Of a stretch of 64,000 nt of DNA, positions 19,853 through 29,236 are shown piece after piece. Below the pieces are notes generated by a model. That model was not told where the DNA came from, did no database searches, and saw nothing but the letters and a program-made list of their open reading frames with translations. The position numbers and the translations under genes were made by a program. Each line of letters begins with the position of its first letter. The first letter of the stretch is position 1. Source of the stretch: Patescibacteria group bacterium (GTDB lineage Bacteria; Patescibacteriota; Minisyncoccia; Phycocordibacterales; EsbW-18); assembly GCA_038063815.1 (NCBI GenBank), contig JBBTUJ010000002.1:6511-70510 (forward strand), in the 5' to 3' direction.

Positions 19853-21318
19853 TTCTTAGCATTCTCCAACGCGTTTCGGATCTTCTTTTTTGCCGTATTT
19901 GTTTTTGTCCACTCGAGCCATTTTCGAGACGGTCGGGAATTTTCTTTTGTTTCAATCGTTACGATATCGCCCTGGGAGAGCTTTGTTGAAAGAGCAACGA
20001 ATTTGCCGTTTATGCGTGCCCCGTGTGCGTGGTCGCCAAGATCGGTGTGGATTGCGTACGCAAAATCAATAGGTGTTGCTCCAAGGGGTAGGTCAACCGC
20101 TTCGCCATTTGGTGTAAAGACGATGATTCGGTCGTTGAAAAAGTCACCTTTGAGGTTTTTAATGAATGTTAGGTTCGATCCCCCTTCTTCGTGATCTGCG
20201 AGCTCGTGAAGCCACAAGGGGGGTCCGCTTGTGGGAAGTTTGAGTACATTTCGAAGAGCGCGAAGGTCGTCCTCTTGGTGGGTGCTCTTTTCTTTGTATG
20301 AGACGTGAGATGCGATACCGAATTCTGCGTGGTCATGCATTGCTTGTGTCCGAATTTGGATTTCGACAACCGCACCATCTCCTGTAAATATCGTCGTGTG
20401 CAAGCTCTGGTATCCGTTTACTTTCGGAACAGCAATATAGTCCTTGATACGCCCCGGGAGCGGACGCCACTTTGCGTGGATGAGACCAAGAGCAAGGTAG
20501 CAATCCTCGATGCTCCCAAGAATGATTCTCAGAGCAGCGATATCGTATACCTTTTCAATATTCATCTCTTTTTGTTTGAGCTTTTTGTATAAGCTGTACA
20601 GATGCTTTACGCGGTGGTCCATCGCGTGGACGGTGATATCGTTGTCTTTCAGTATTGTCGCAAGGGCCTGTGTGATATGTGTGAGGTGTACAAATGTTTC
20701 AGCGCTTTTTTCTTCCAAGACACGACGAGTTTCCGCATACTCTTTTGGATACGCAATTTCAAACGCACTGTCTTCGAGGGCGCCTTTTATTTGTCCAATA
20801 CCCAAACGGTGGGCGAGCGGTGCATATATTTCTAACGTCTCAACGGCAATCCGCATCTGTTTTTCACGGGGAAGGGCGCGAATAGTCGAGAGGTTGTGAA
20901 GTCGGTCGGCAAGTTTTATGAGAATGACGCGCGGGTCTTGTGCTGTTGCAATAAAAAGTTTGCGGAGCGTCTTCACGTGTCGCTTAAGGCCCCGGTACTT
21001 CAGTTTTCCGAGTTTGGTGACGCCGTTTACAAGAAATGCAATCTCTGCGCCAAATTCCTTCTCAATTTTGGAAAGGGTTACCCCCGTATCCTCAACGGAG
21101 TCGTGGAGAAGCCCCGCTGCGATTGTTGCAGTATCCCCACCCACCTCGGCGAGTGTTCGGGCAGTTTCTACAAGATGAGAGAAATAGGGATCGCCTGATT
21201 CACGTTTTTGTCCCGCGTGTGCCTTCTCGGCAAAAGTATATGCGCGCAGAAGAATGTCTTGCTCAGCAGGAGATCTGCTTTTGAAATCAGGAAGAAAGGA
21301 GTCAATACCAGTTTCCAT
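19849..21318 (-). CDS. relA: RelA/SpoT (p)ppGpp synthetase/hydrolase, short form ending after TGS
   Basis: HAGQKRESGDPY, LLHDSVEDT, KLADRLHN, KDYIAVPKVNGYQSLHT, EIQIRT, TPIDFAYAIHT. Confidence 0.92.
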   Translation of the reverse strand: METGIDSFLPDFKSRSPAEQDILLRAYTFAEKAHAGQKRESGDPYFSHLVETARTLAEVGGDTATIAAGLLHDSVEDTGVTLSKIEKEFGAEIAFLVNGVTKLGKLKYRGLKRHVKTLRKLFIATAQDPRVILIKLADRLHNLSTIRALPREKQMRIAVETLEIYAPLAHRLGIGQIKGALEDSAFEIAYPKEYAETRRVLEEKSAETFVHLTHITQALATILKDNDITVHAMDHRVKHLYSLYKKLKQKEMNIEKVYDIAALRIILGSIEDCYLALGLIHAKWRPLPGRIKDYIAVPKVNGYQSLHTTIFTGDGAVVEIQIRTQAMHDHAEFGIASHVSYKEKSTHQEDDLRALRNVLKLPTSGPPLWLHELADHEEGGSNLTFIKNLKGDFFNDRIIVFTPNGEAVDLPLGATPIDFAYAIHTDLGDHAHGARINGKFVALSTKLSQGDIVTIETKENSRPSRKWLEWTKTNTAKKKIRNALENAKN

Positions 21319-21337
21319 GACTTAGAATACCACAAAA

Positions 21338-23551
21338 TTATTTTTTCTTTTTCCGTGCAAATCGACCACGGCCGACCTTTTTTGGTTCTTTGAGTATTGC
21401 GAGAGCGCGGGGAAGTTCTATGGCATATGCGTCGTCCTCTTTGAGTGAGCGAAAATCACCATCGTGCACGATGTATGGCCCGAAGCGTCCGATATTCGCG
21501 CTTACCATCTTTCCCGTCTCGGGATTTTCTCCGAGTTCTCGGGGGAGTGAGAGATATTTGAGTGCCTCTTCGAGGGTCACCTCTTCGGAATTCTTTTCTT
21601 TGGGAATGCTTGCCCGTCGTGGTTTTGGCACTTTTCCTTTTGCCCCCTTTTCTTTTTTCTGTGCGACACCGAGTTGTACATACGGACCATAGGGACCAGT
21701 GAGAACGAAAATGGGCTCGTTCGTCGCTGGATCGTTTCCGATTGCTTCCGGTGCTTCTATTTCCTTTCCTTCAATTGTTCGCGCACCTGTGCACTCAGGA
21801 AATCGGGCACAACTCATGAACTTCCCGTTTTTTCCCAACTTGATGACCATGTCGCTTCCGCAGGTAGGGCAGGGGAACTCCTTTGGTGCGGGTCCTAAGT
21901 CGGTAATCTTTCCCGCTTCTTTTGTTTTCTTCGCGACCTCTTTTGTGAAGGGGGTGTAAAAGTCCTCAAGCGTTTTTCTGTATCCTCGCTCACCCCGCGC
22001 AATCTCATCGAGTTCGTTCTCCATCTCTGATGTAAATGAGTCACTGATGTATTCCGTAAAATTCTTCTCAAGGAAAGTGCTCACGACATCTCCGGTGTCT
22101 GTGGGTGTAAGTGTTCGTCCTTCTTTTGTGACGTACCCGCGGTCTTCGAGCGTCTTGATAATCGACGCATATGTCGAAGGGCGTCCGATGCCTCGCTTCT
22201 CGAGTTCTTTGATGAGTCCCGCTTCCGAGTAGCGCGATGGTGGTTGTGTTTGTTTTTCTGTATCTTCGAGTTTCAAAAGTGTCAGAAGTTCTTTTGCAGA
22301 AACAGGAGGAAGTTCAACATCTTCGCCCCGTGCCGCTGTGTCCGCCGCAAGCCATCCAGGAAAAAGAACGCGACTTCCAACAACACTGAACGGAGGGACA
22401 ACAGGATTGTCTGTCGCTGTTGTTATTTTTGTTTGCATCAATTTTGCTGGTGTCATCTGGCTCGCGAGAGAGCGCGTGCGGATGAGGCGATATAAACGCT
22501 GTTCATCTTCTGTGGCACCGGCCTCTTCGGTTCCCGGACGTGTAGGACGAACTGCTTCGTGTGCTTCTTGTGCGTTCTTGCTCTTGCTTTTGTATACCGT
22601 TCCTTGCGCATACTCTTTTCCGAATAGTTTTTCAATAACGGAGAGGATCTGTTTCTGTGCCTCTTGTCCGAGATTCGTGCTGTCCGTGCGCATATAGGTG
22701 ATGTGTCCCGCCTCGTACAGTTTCTGTGCCGCGCGCATCGTGCGGAATGGGGAGAATCCAAGACGTGTGCTTGCCGACTGTTGTAATGTGGATGTTGTAA
22801 ATGGTGCGCGCGGGCTACGGGATACCTCTGTCTCTTTTATTTCACCGATGCTCCACGCTGCTTTTTTCCCATGCGAGAGTATCTCGTCAACACGTTTTCG
22901 ATCGCGGGGTTCCTCGCTTGCGGTAACGAGGATTTCCTGGCCGGCCTTTGTTTTTGCGAGTGCGGTTAATATCCAGAATGTTTCCGGATTGAATGCTCGT
23001 ATTTCTCGCTCTCGCTCCATGAGAATGCGGAGCGCAGGGGATTGCACGCGACCTGCAGAGAGGCCGTATCGGACCTTCTTCCAAATGAGTCCGGAGAGGT
23101 CGTATCCCACAAGGCGGTCAAGAACGCGTCGCGCTTCCTGTGCCTGCCGCAAGTCATCATCAATATCGCGTGGATGAGCAACGGCTTCCTCAATCGCCTC
23201 TTTTGTTATCTCGTGAAAAACAATCCGTTTTATTTTTTCTTTCTTTGCATCGAGCCCAAGCGCTTCCACAAGGTGCCATGCGATTGCTTCTCCTTCGCGG
23301 TCGGGGTCGGTTGCGAGGATGACGTCATCCGCTTTTTTGAGTGCGGCTTTGAGGTCTGCGATGACGGCCTTTTTTTCGGGGACGATCTGGTAGTGCGGAA
23401 CAAATCCACCTTCGATGTCGATGGCATTCTTGTTGCTCTTCGGAAGATCGCGCACATGTCCGACAGATGCTTTGACGATATATCTGTCACCGAGATATTT
23501 CTCGATGGTCTTTGCTTTCGCGGGGGACTCGACGATAACAAGTGTAGTCAT
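21338..23551 (-). CDS. topA: DNA topoisomerase I
   Basis: IVESPAKAKTI, ATDPDREGEAIAWH, SAGRVQS, ITYMRTDS, GIGRPSTY, one zinc ribbon, C-terminal GPYGPY/GRFGPY repeats. Confidence 0.97.
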   Translation of the reverse strand: MTTLVIVESPAKAKTIEKYLGDRYIVKASVGHVRDLPKSNKNAIDIEGGFVPHYQIVPEKKAVIADLKAALKKADDVILATDPDREGEAIAWHLVEALGLDAKKEKIKRIVFHEITKEAIEEAVAHPRDIDDDLRQAQEARRVLDRLVGYDLSGLIWKKVRYGLSAGRVQSPALRILMEREREIRAFNPETFWILTALAKTKAGQEILVTASEEPRDRKRVDEILSHGKKAAWSIGEIKETEVSRSPRAPFTTSTLQQSASTRLGFSPFRTMRAAQKLYEAGHITYMRTDSTNLGQEAQKQILSVIEKLFGKEYAQGTVYKSKSKNAQEAHEAVRPTRPGTEEAGATEDEQRLYRLIRTRSLASQMTPAKLMQTKITTATDNPVVPPFSVVGSRVLFPGWLAADTAARGEDVELPPVSAKELLTLLKLEDTEKQTQPPSRYSEAGLIKELEKRGIGRPSTYASIIKTLEDRGYVTKEGRTLTPTDTGDVVSTFLEKNFTEYISDSFTSEMENELDEIARGERGYRKTLEDFYTPFTKEVAKKTKEAGKITDLGPAPKEFPCPTCGSDMVIKLGKNGKFMSCARFPECTGARTIEGKEIEAPEAIGNDPATNEPIFVLTGPYGPYVQLGVAQKKEKGAKGKVPKPRRASIPKEKNSEEVTLEEALKYLSLPRELGENPETGKMVSANIGRFGPYIVHDGDFRSLKEDDAYAIELPRALAILKEPKKVGRGRFARKKKK

Positions 23552-23633
23552 GCTGTCAGTAGATACTACACATACGTTTCTTTTGCAAATTTTCGTATCT
23601 CATAACCCAGAAAAATTTTATATGACGCACGAA

Positions 23634-23654
23634 CGCCCCGGGGTCACCGGAGCG
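23634..23654 (-). terminator. GC hairpin downstream of the 23681-23959 minigene
   Basis: Minus strand CGCTCCGG-TGACC-CCGGGGCG then TTCGT. Confidence 0.5.
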
Positions 23655-23680
23655 CGAGGGAACAAAGACGACCCGTGTGG

Positions 23681-23959
23681 TCAAGCCCGTTTGCACGGGG
23701 GACATTTTGGACCAGCAACAAACCATGTCCCGCATGCAGCACACTTTCGCTGTTTGCCGTCGTGGGCGCAAAGGCCCGTTATAAGCAGGCCCACGACGGC
23801 CGCTCCCCAGAAAGTGCCGTTCCAGACACTTTGGGGGTGTCCGAAAATCAGATGGGAGATTCCCCCGATCACGGACCCAACGAGTCCGCCAAAGATTCCG
23901 CTGGCCAGCAGAATGACAAAGAGGCCTCTTACGGTTCTTGCTATGCCGCGAAACGTCAT
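23681..23959 (-). CDS. Small 2-TM protein with C-terminal CxxC..CxxC zinc ribbon
   Basis: Two hydrophobic helices then KCAACG..KCPPCK; SD AGGGGG; promoter TTGACT-17-TATAAA at 24034-24006. Confidence 0.65.
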   Translation of the reverse strand: MTFRGIARTVRGLFVILLASGIFGGLVGSVIGGISHLIFGHPQSVWNGTFWGAAVVGLLITGLCAHDGKQRKCAACGTWFVAGPKCPPCKRA

Positions 23960-24039
23960 CTGGGTTCCCCCTGAGGTAGAAGTGCGTGGTGTGCAACCTA
24001 TTCCCTTTATATGCTTACTAAACTACGAAGTCAATTTCG

Positions 24040-24912
24040 TCACGCACGTTCCATTTTTCCGAGGCGCTCAGTGAGGATTCCTTTTATTTCCATCGTTGAA
24101 ATGACAATTTGTGCTTGTGAGAGTGGCATTCCTGATACTCGAACAACTTCATCTCGTGTCATCGGCTCTGTAAGTAATTTAAAAATCTTTTGCTCCTCGT
24201 CCGTTATGTCTTTTCTCTGCACATCGTTCATTGTTTCTTGTTCGTCTATCTTGATTTTAAGTACCTCTAGGATATGTTTACTTTCGCACACGGCCTGTGC
24301 TCCTTCGCGCAAGAGCGCATTTGAACCGTTTGCGGAATCCGAAAGGACAGACCCCGGAACGACAAGAACGTCGCGGTTGTACTCCATCCCGAGACGCGCG
24401 GTTATAAGCGTTCCTGATTTTTCTGATGCCTCGATAATAAGGATGGCGTGGGACATTCCCGCCATGAGGCGATTACGTTCGGGGAAACTCCACACCCCCG
24501 CTTTTTGCTCAGAATCATATTCAGAGAGGAGTGTGCCGCCCTCGCGAACGATGCGTCGCGCAAGTCCGACATGTGCTCGAGGATACAAAATATTTTCACT
24601 AAGGCCCGACCCCGGGACGGCGATTGTTGGTAATCCGGCAGAAATCGCGGCCTCATGCGCGATGCCATCAATTCCCAAAGCAAGCCCGGATACAATCGCG
24701 ACGGGGTATCCGGAAAGTCCTCGTATCAATCGTTCGCAAACATTTTTTCCATATGGTGAATAACGTCTCGAGCCGACGACACAAAGGTATTTTGTTTCGG
24801 GCGGTGGAAGCGCACCTTGTATAAAAAGGCGCTTCGGCGGGTCCGTGATCTCACGAAGAAGGGGAGGAAAGCCGCTTTGGGGAATGGAACGGATATCCAT
24901 AGCGGTATCCAT
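24040..24912 (-). CDS. dprA: DNA-processing protein DprA
   Basis: VVGSRRYSPYG, VSGLALGIDGIAH, FPERNRLMAG, SGTLITA; usual neighbour of topA. Confidence 0.96.
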   Translation of the reverse strand: MDTAMDIRSIPQSGFPPLLREITDPPKRLFIQGALPPPETKYLCVVGSRRYSPYGKNVCERLIRGLSGYPVAIVSGLALGIDGIAHEAAISAGLPTIAVPGSGLSENILYPRAHVGLARRIVREGGTLLSEYDSEQKAGVWSFPERNRLMAGMSHAILIIEASEKSGTLITARLGMEYNRDVLVVPGSVLSDSANGSNALLREGAQAVCESKHILEVLKIKIDEQETMNDVQRKDITDEEQKIFKLLTEPMTRDEVVRVSGMPLSQAQIVISTMEIKGILTERLGKMERA

Positions 24913-24953
24913 GCGGCATACTATATACTAGGGCGCATAAAGCCCGTCTCAAT

Positions 24954-26231
24954 ATGCTTGATATACATTTTATCCGTGAGAACAAAGACGTTATCCGCGA
25001 AGCGGCGCGCAAAAAGAATGTGACGCTGAATTTGGACGCGCTTCTCACGCTCGACGATACCCGCCGCGAACTTACCCAGAGTGTTGAGAAAATGCGCGCG
25101 GAACAGAACGTCGTGTCTGACAAAATCGGCGGCGGTGATGTAAACAAAGACGCTCTCGTGAGCGAGATGCGTCGTCTCAAAGAAGAACTCGAAAAAGAAG
25201 AAGAAAAACTCAAAAAGGTGCTTGTTGAGTGGCGCGAGATGATGCTTCAGGTTCCGAATGTGCCTGACCCCTCTGTTCCGGAAGGAAAGAGTGACGCGGA
25301 GAATCAAGAAATAAAAGTGTGGGGGGAAAAACCGCAATTCAACTTTACTCCACGGAGCCATATCGATGTCATGAAAGATCTCGACATGGTTGACTTTGAA
25401 CGTGGAACGAAAGTGCATGGTTTCCGCGGATACTTTCTCAAGAATGACGGCGCACTTCTTTCGTTCGCGATTTGGCAGTACGCAATTGATTTTTTTCTTC
25501 CAAAAGGGTTTGAATTTATGATTGCACCTGCCGTTGTTAAAAAGGCGAATCTGTATGGCACGGGGCATTTACCAAACGATGTCGAAGATATCTATAAAAC
25601 ACAAGATGATGATTATCTTGCCGGAACCGCGGAAGTTCCTGTCATGGGATATTTTGCAGACGAAGTGCTTGCAAAAGAGGTATTGCCAAAAAAGGTTCTT
25701 GCATTCTCGCCGTGCTTTCGTCGTGAAGCGGGAAGCCACGGAAAAGACACGAAAGGGCTCATCCGCGTTAACGAGTTCTATAAACTTGAGCAGGTAATAC
25801 TCTCCGAAGCAAGTCATGAAGAATCGGTGAAGTGGCATGAGTGGTTGAACAGGAACACGGAAGAGTTTATTGAGTCGCTCAAAATTCCGTACCATACGGT
25901 CATCAACTGTGCGGGTGATTTGGGTTTGGGGCAGGTAAAGAAATATGATGTCGAACTCTGGGTACCACTTGAAGAAAAGTATCGTGAGATAAGTTCTGCA
26001 TCCTATTTTCACGATTTTCAAACGCGTCGCTTCAATATCAAATATACAGACGGAGATGGAACGCGTCGCTTCACGCATTCTCTGAATTCCACGGCAATTC
26101 CGACACCGCGTATCCTTGTTTCTTTGATCGAGAACTATCAAGAAGAAGATGGGTCAGTTCGCATTCCTGAAGTGCTTCGCCCATACATGAGAGGAAAAGA
26201 GAGGATCACTAAAAAAGTTACAAGTTCATAA
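24954..26231 (+). CDS. serS: Serine--tRNA ligase
   Basis: MLDIHFIREN coiled arm, GTAEVP, CFRREAGSHGKDTKGLIRVNEF, YREISSAS, HSLNST. Confidence 0.97.
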   Translation: MLDIHFIRENKDVIREAARKKNVTLNLDALLTLDDTRRELTQSVEKMRAEQNVVSDKIGGGDVNKDALVSEMRRLKEELEKEEEKLKKVLVEWREMMLQVPNVPDPSVPEGKSDAENQEIKVWGEKPQFNFTPRSHIDVMKDLDMVDFERGTKVHGFRGYFLKNDGALLSFAIWQYAIDFFLPKGFEFMIAPAVVKKANLYGTGHLPNDVEDIYKTQDDDYLAGTAEVPVMGYFADEVLAKEVLPKKVLAFSPCFRREAGSHGKDTKGLIRVNEFYKLEQVILSEASHEESVKWHEWLNRNTEEFIESLKIPYHTVINCAGDLGLGQVKKYDVELWVPLEEKYREISSASYFHDFQTRRFNIKYTDGDGTRRFTHSLNSTAIPTPRILVSLIENYQEEDGSVRIPEVLRPYMRGKERITKKVTSS

Positions 26232-26305
26232 GGTTATAAGGTTCATCAAGAAAGCCGTCTGCTTCTTTATAACTTTATAAACTTTAAACTTGATACACTA
26301 GGTCC

Positions 26306-27184
26306 ATGCGTCCTCGCCGATTCAGGACAGAGCGCGTAGCCGTTGAGCACCGTAAACGCGTACGGGTCAATGTGGTCCTTTATGGTGTGCTCGGGGTGAG
26401 CATCTGTCTTGTGATTCTCGCATTTTCATGGAGTCCGCTTCTTGCGATAGACCGTATTCTTGTCGTTGGCAAAACAGGAGTACCAAAGGAAGCACTGTTC
26501 GACGTGGTTGAAAAAAAGAGCACTGGCCGTACGTTCTTTCTTTTTTCAAAACGGAACATACTGTTTCTTCAAAAAAATCACATTCGAGAAGAACTGCACG
26601 CGTCATTCCCGCGCCTTGGGTCTGTTGAGATAGAACGCGATGGTCTACACCGCATCGTTGTTTCTGTTTCTGATCGTGTGGCGGAGGGTATGTGGTGTCC
26701 GCCTTGGCCGACGCCAGTCGAGGCAGGTCCGCCCGAGGAAGCAGAAAAAACAACTGATTGTTATTTCATTGATGAGGTAGGATTTGCATTTGATAAGGCA
26801 CCGCGCATCACCGGCGAAGTGTTCATGGTGTATCGCCGTGAGATGCCGGACGAGCCGCTTGCGCGCCACATCACGGGAATCCAAGAATTCGAAGCGCTCC
26901 ACGCCCTTACACAAGAACTGCAAACACTCGCGATTTCTGTCTCAAGTGTTCTGTGGAGAGAAGATGCGCTGGTTTTGAGTGGCCGGTACACAACGCCAAA
27001 GATTTCTGGTGACATAGAACTTCTTATACCGCCGCGTCCACCATACGAAACTGCTCTCCAAAATCTTCTTTCACTCCTCGAATCCTCTGACACAGAGTAT
27101 GTCGAACGTGTTATGACAACGAGCGAGTATATTGACCTTCGGTTCGAAAACAGGATTTTTTATAAAAAAGAAGGTGGGGAATAG
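26306..27184 (+). CDS. ftsQ: FtsQ/DivIB-like cell division protein
   Basis: Basic N-terminus, one TM, POTRA-like region, C-terminal EYIDLRFENRIFYK. Confidence 0.7.
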   Translation: MRPRRFRTERVAVEHRKRVRVNVVLYGVLGVSICLVILAFSWSPLLAIDRILVVGKTGVPKEALFDVVEKKSTGRTFFLFSKRNILFLQKNHIREELHASFPRLGSVEIERDGLHRIVVSVSDRVAEGMWCPPWPTPVEAGPPEEAEKTTDCYFIDEVGFAFDKAPRITGEVFMVYRREMPDEPLARHITGIQEFEALHALTQELQTLAISVSSVLWREDALVLSGRYTTPKISGDIELLIPPRPPYETALQNLLSLLESSDTEYVERVMTTSEYIDLRFENRIFYKKEGGE

Positions 27185-27185
27185 G

Positions 27186-27212
27186 AAACGGGCGGGGGAT
27201 GAGCCCCGCCCG
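27186..27212 (-). terminator. GC hairpin terminator
   Basis: CGGGCGGGG-N6-CCCCGCCCG with T tract on the minus strand. Confidence 0.7.
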
Positions 27213-27228
27213 CGTCCAGGAGGAAGGT

Positions 27229-27378
27229 CTAGAGCACCAAACTCGGCACCAGCCGCTTCGCATGCGTGGCGTGACCCCCATTGAGGGCCTTTCTTGCGGC
27301 TTTCTGTTGTCGGCGGCGAGCTTTCTTCTGCGCGGCCCTTCTCAGCCGTTCACTGAGGGGACGCTTGTTGATCGCCAT
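27229..27378 (-). CDS. 49-aa highly basic peptide
   Basis: MAINKRPLSERLRRAAQKKARRRQQKAARKALNGGHATHAKRLVPSLVL*; SD AGGAGGAG at 27394-27387; own terminator. Confidence 0.6.
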   Translation of the reverse strand: MAINKRPLSERLRRAAQKKARRRQQKAARKALNGGHATHAKRLVPSLVL

Positions 27379-27472
27379 GCGTGTCGCTCCTCCTGGTTGT
27401 GGCCTTGGTAGGCCGGGTCCACTAAAAAATGTAACATTTGAGCCATTCTGGGGCAAGTGATATGGTTGTCAT

Positions 27473-28435
27473 GTGGAAAACTCTTTTTGGAAAAAACTCA
27501 AGAAACCATTTTTCTGTCTCGCACCTCTTGCCGATGTTACTGATCCTGCGTTTCGCCGCATTATCGCAAAGTATGGAAAGCCCGACGTGCTCTGGACCGA
27601 ATTTGTTTCCGCGGACGGTTTGTTCCGTGGTGGCTACGATGCGCTCATAGGAGATCTCGACTATACAGAGGAGGAGCGACCGATTCTTGCTCAGTTTTTC
27701 AGCCGTGAGCCGGAATATATGGTGAAGGCGGCGGAACTCGCGATATCCATGGGATTTGACGGTATTGATATCAACATGGGGTGTCCGGATGAAAATGTAT
27801 GCAAGCAGGGCGCAGGCGCAGCGATTATAAAAGATCCAGAACGTGCGAAGGAAATAATCCGCGCGACACAAGAAGCGATCTCAAAATCAAAACGGCCGAT
27901 TCCTCTTTCTATAAAAACACGCATCGGATACAACACGAATGAGATTGAGACATGGCTCCCGGCCTTGCTTCAAACAAAACCATCAGCAATAACTGTTCAC
28001 GGACGAACGAAGAAAGAGATGTCAAAAGTGCCAGCGCGCTGGGATGTTATTGCGCGCGCAGTTGAGATACGAAATGAAATAGCGCCCGAGGTTCTCATCA
28101 TCGGTAACGGGGATGTAAAGGATCTTGATGATGCGCACGCGAAAGTCAAAGAATCAAAATGCGACGGCATCATGTTGGGGCGTGCGATATTTGGGAACCC
28201 CTGGCTTTTTGGAGGAGTGCCGCGACCTGATCTACCAGAACGTCTTCGAGTTCTTGTGGAACACATCATGCTTTTTGACGAACTCCTCTCAAAACGAAAA
28301 TCATTTGCGACTATGAAAAAGCATTTCAAATCCTATGTTCATGGTGAGGGTGGTAACAAGTCGCTTGTAATGGCACTTATGGAAACAAAGACACCCGCAG
28401 AGGCCTTGGAAGTAATTAAAAACTTTCCAAAATAA
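27473..28435 (+). CDS. tRNA-dihydrouridine synthase (Dus family)
   Basis: LAPLADVTD, IDINMGCP, GAGAA, SIKTRIG, VHGRT, GNGDV, MLGRA. Confidence 0.93.
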   Translation: MENSFWKKLKKPFFCLAPLADVTDPAFRRIIAKYGKPDVLWTEFVSADGLFRGGYDALIGDLDYTEEERPILAQFFSREPEYMVKAAELAISMGFDGIDINMGCPDENVCKQGAGAAIIKDPERAKEIIRATQEAISKSKRPIPLSIKTRIGYNTNEIETWLPALLQTKPSAITVHGRTKKEMSKVPARWDVIARAVEIRNEIAPEVLIIGNGDVKDLDDAHAKVKESKCDGIMLGRAIFGNPWLFGGVPRPDLPERLRVLVEHIMLFDELLSKRKSFATMKKHFKSYVHGEGGNKSLVMALMETKTPAEALEVIKNFPK

Positions 28436-28467
28436 AACAAGCGGCCGTCGCGGGAACGCGACGGCCG
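28430..28467 (-). terminator. Intrinsic terminator (possibly bidirectional)
   Basis: CGGCCGTCGCG-GGAA-CGCGACGGCCG 11-bp stem with T tract on the minus strand. Confidence 0.8.
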
Positions 28468-28489
28468 AGGCGGTACTCCTCTTCCGGTG

Positions 28490-29086
28490 TTACTGGTTGA
28501 GGAGGAGAAGATCTTCGATCTCGATAGAGCGGACGACTGCCTTCACTGCTTCATAGCGCGCTCGTGCGCGCTCATGAATGTGTCGCACCGTTCTGCCAAG
28601 CCCGAGGTACACTTCCTCGCCGGCACCAAGAACTTCTTGCAGGACCACATCTGTAGCGGGAAGGGCGGGACCTGATGGTACCCGCATCTCTCCCATGCGT
28701 TGTAGAAGTTCGAGGAGGGAGACCGTTGTCGTCTCCAGGGTAGCAACGTGCTCCCTTTCCTTCACGACGACGATACACCACTCGCCGTCAACAGTGAACC
28801 CGTAGAACCACTGGTCGACTCCGGTGGGCGCGTTCTCTAGTAGTGCCCAGGCCCTGCTAAAGAGTCGAAAGTGTCCGTACAGATTCCACCTCTTGTCGTC
28901 GACATGTTTGGTGCCTTTGTTTCCTGGCACCTGTGAATACACGTCGGTGAATTTCGTTGGTGTGAATGTTGCAAACAGCACAAAGAGCGTTTTGGCGCGC
29001 CGCTCGATGAGGCGCACCCACTTTTCTGGGCTTGTGACTCTCTGACTGCACATCCGCACGACAGGATTTCCCCTCAGATTGCTCAT
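28490..29086 (-). CDS. Orphan hypothetical protein
   Basis: 198-aa ORF with SD AAGGAG and own terminator; no recognisable motif. Confidence 0.6.
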   Translation of the reverse strand: MSNLRGNPVVRMCSQRVTSPEKWVRLIERRAKTLFVLFATFTPTKFTDVYSQVPGNKGTKHVDDKRWNLYGHFRLFSRAWALLENAPTGVDQWFYGFTVDGEWCIVVVKEREHVATLETTTVSLLELLQRMGEMRVPSGPALPATDVVLQEVLGAGEEVYLGLGRTVRHIHERARARYEAVKAVVRSIEIEDLLLLNQ

Positions 29087-29236
29087 CCTCTACTCCTTCT
29101 CTCCGGCTGGCGCACCTGCCGGTTGTATTGAGGGGCGCACCCCTCGGTCCGGAAGGAGTATGCCTTACATATCATTCTCGGGTCAATGAATACAACGTAC
29201 AAAAGAGTGTAATCAAGGCATGGTATACTCGTTCAT

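Noticed and set aside
19849-21318. RelA lacking C-terminal regulatory domains as a pseudogene
   Set aside because: Intact HD, synthetase and TGS domains with a clean stop; consistent with a short form
26021-26073. 14-nt direct repeat AACGCGTCGCTTCA in serS
   Set aside because: Two in-frame TRRF segments within a normal-length SerS; no sign of insertion
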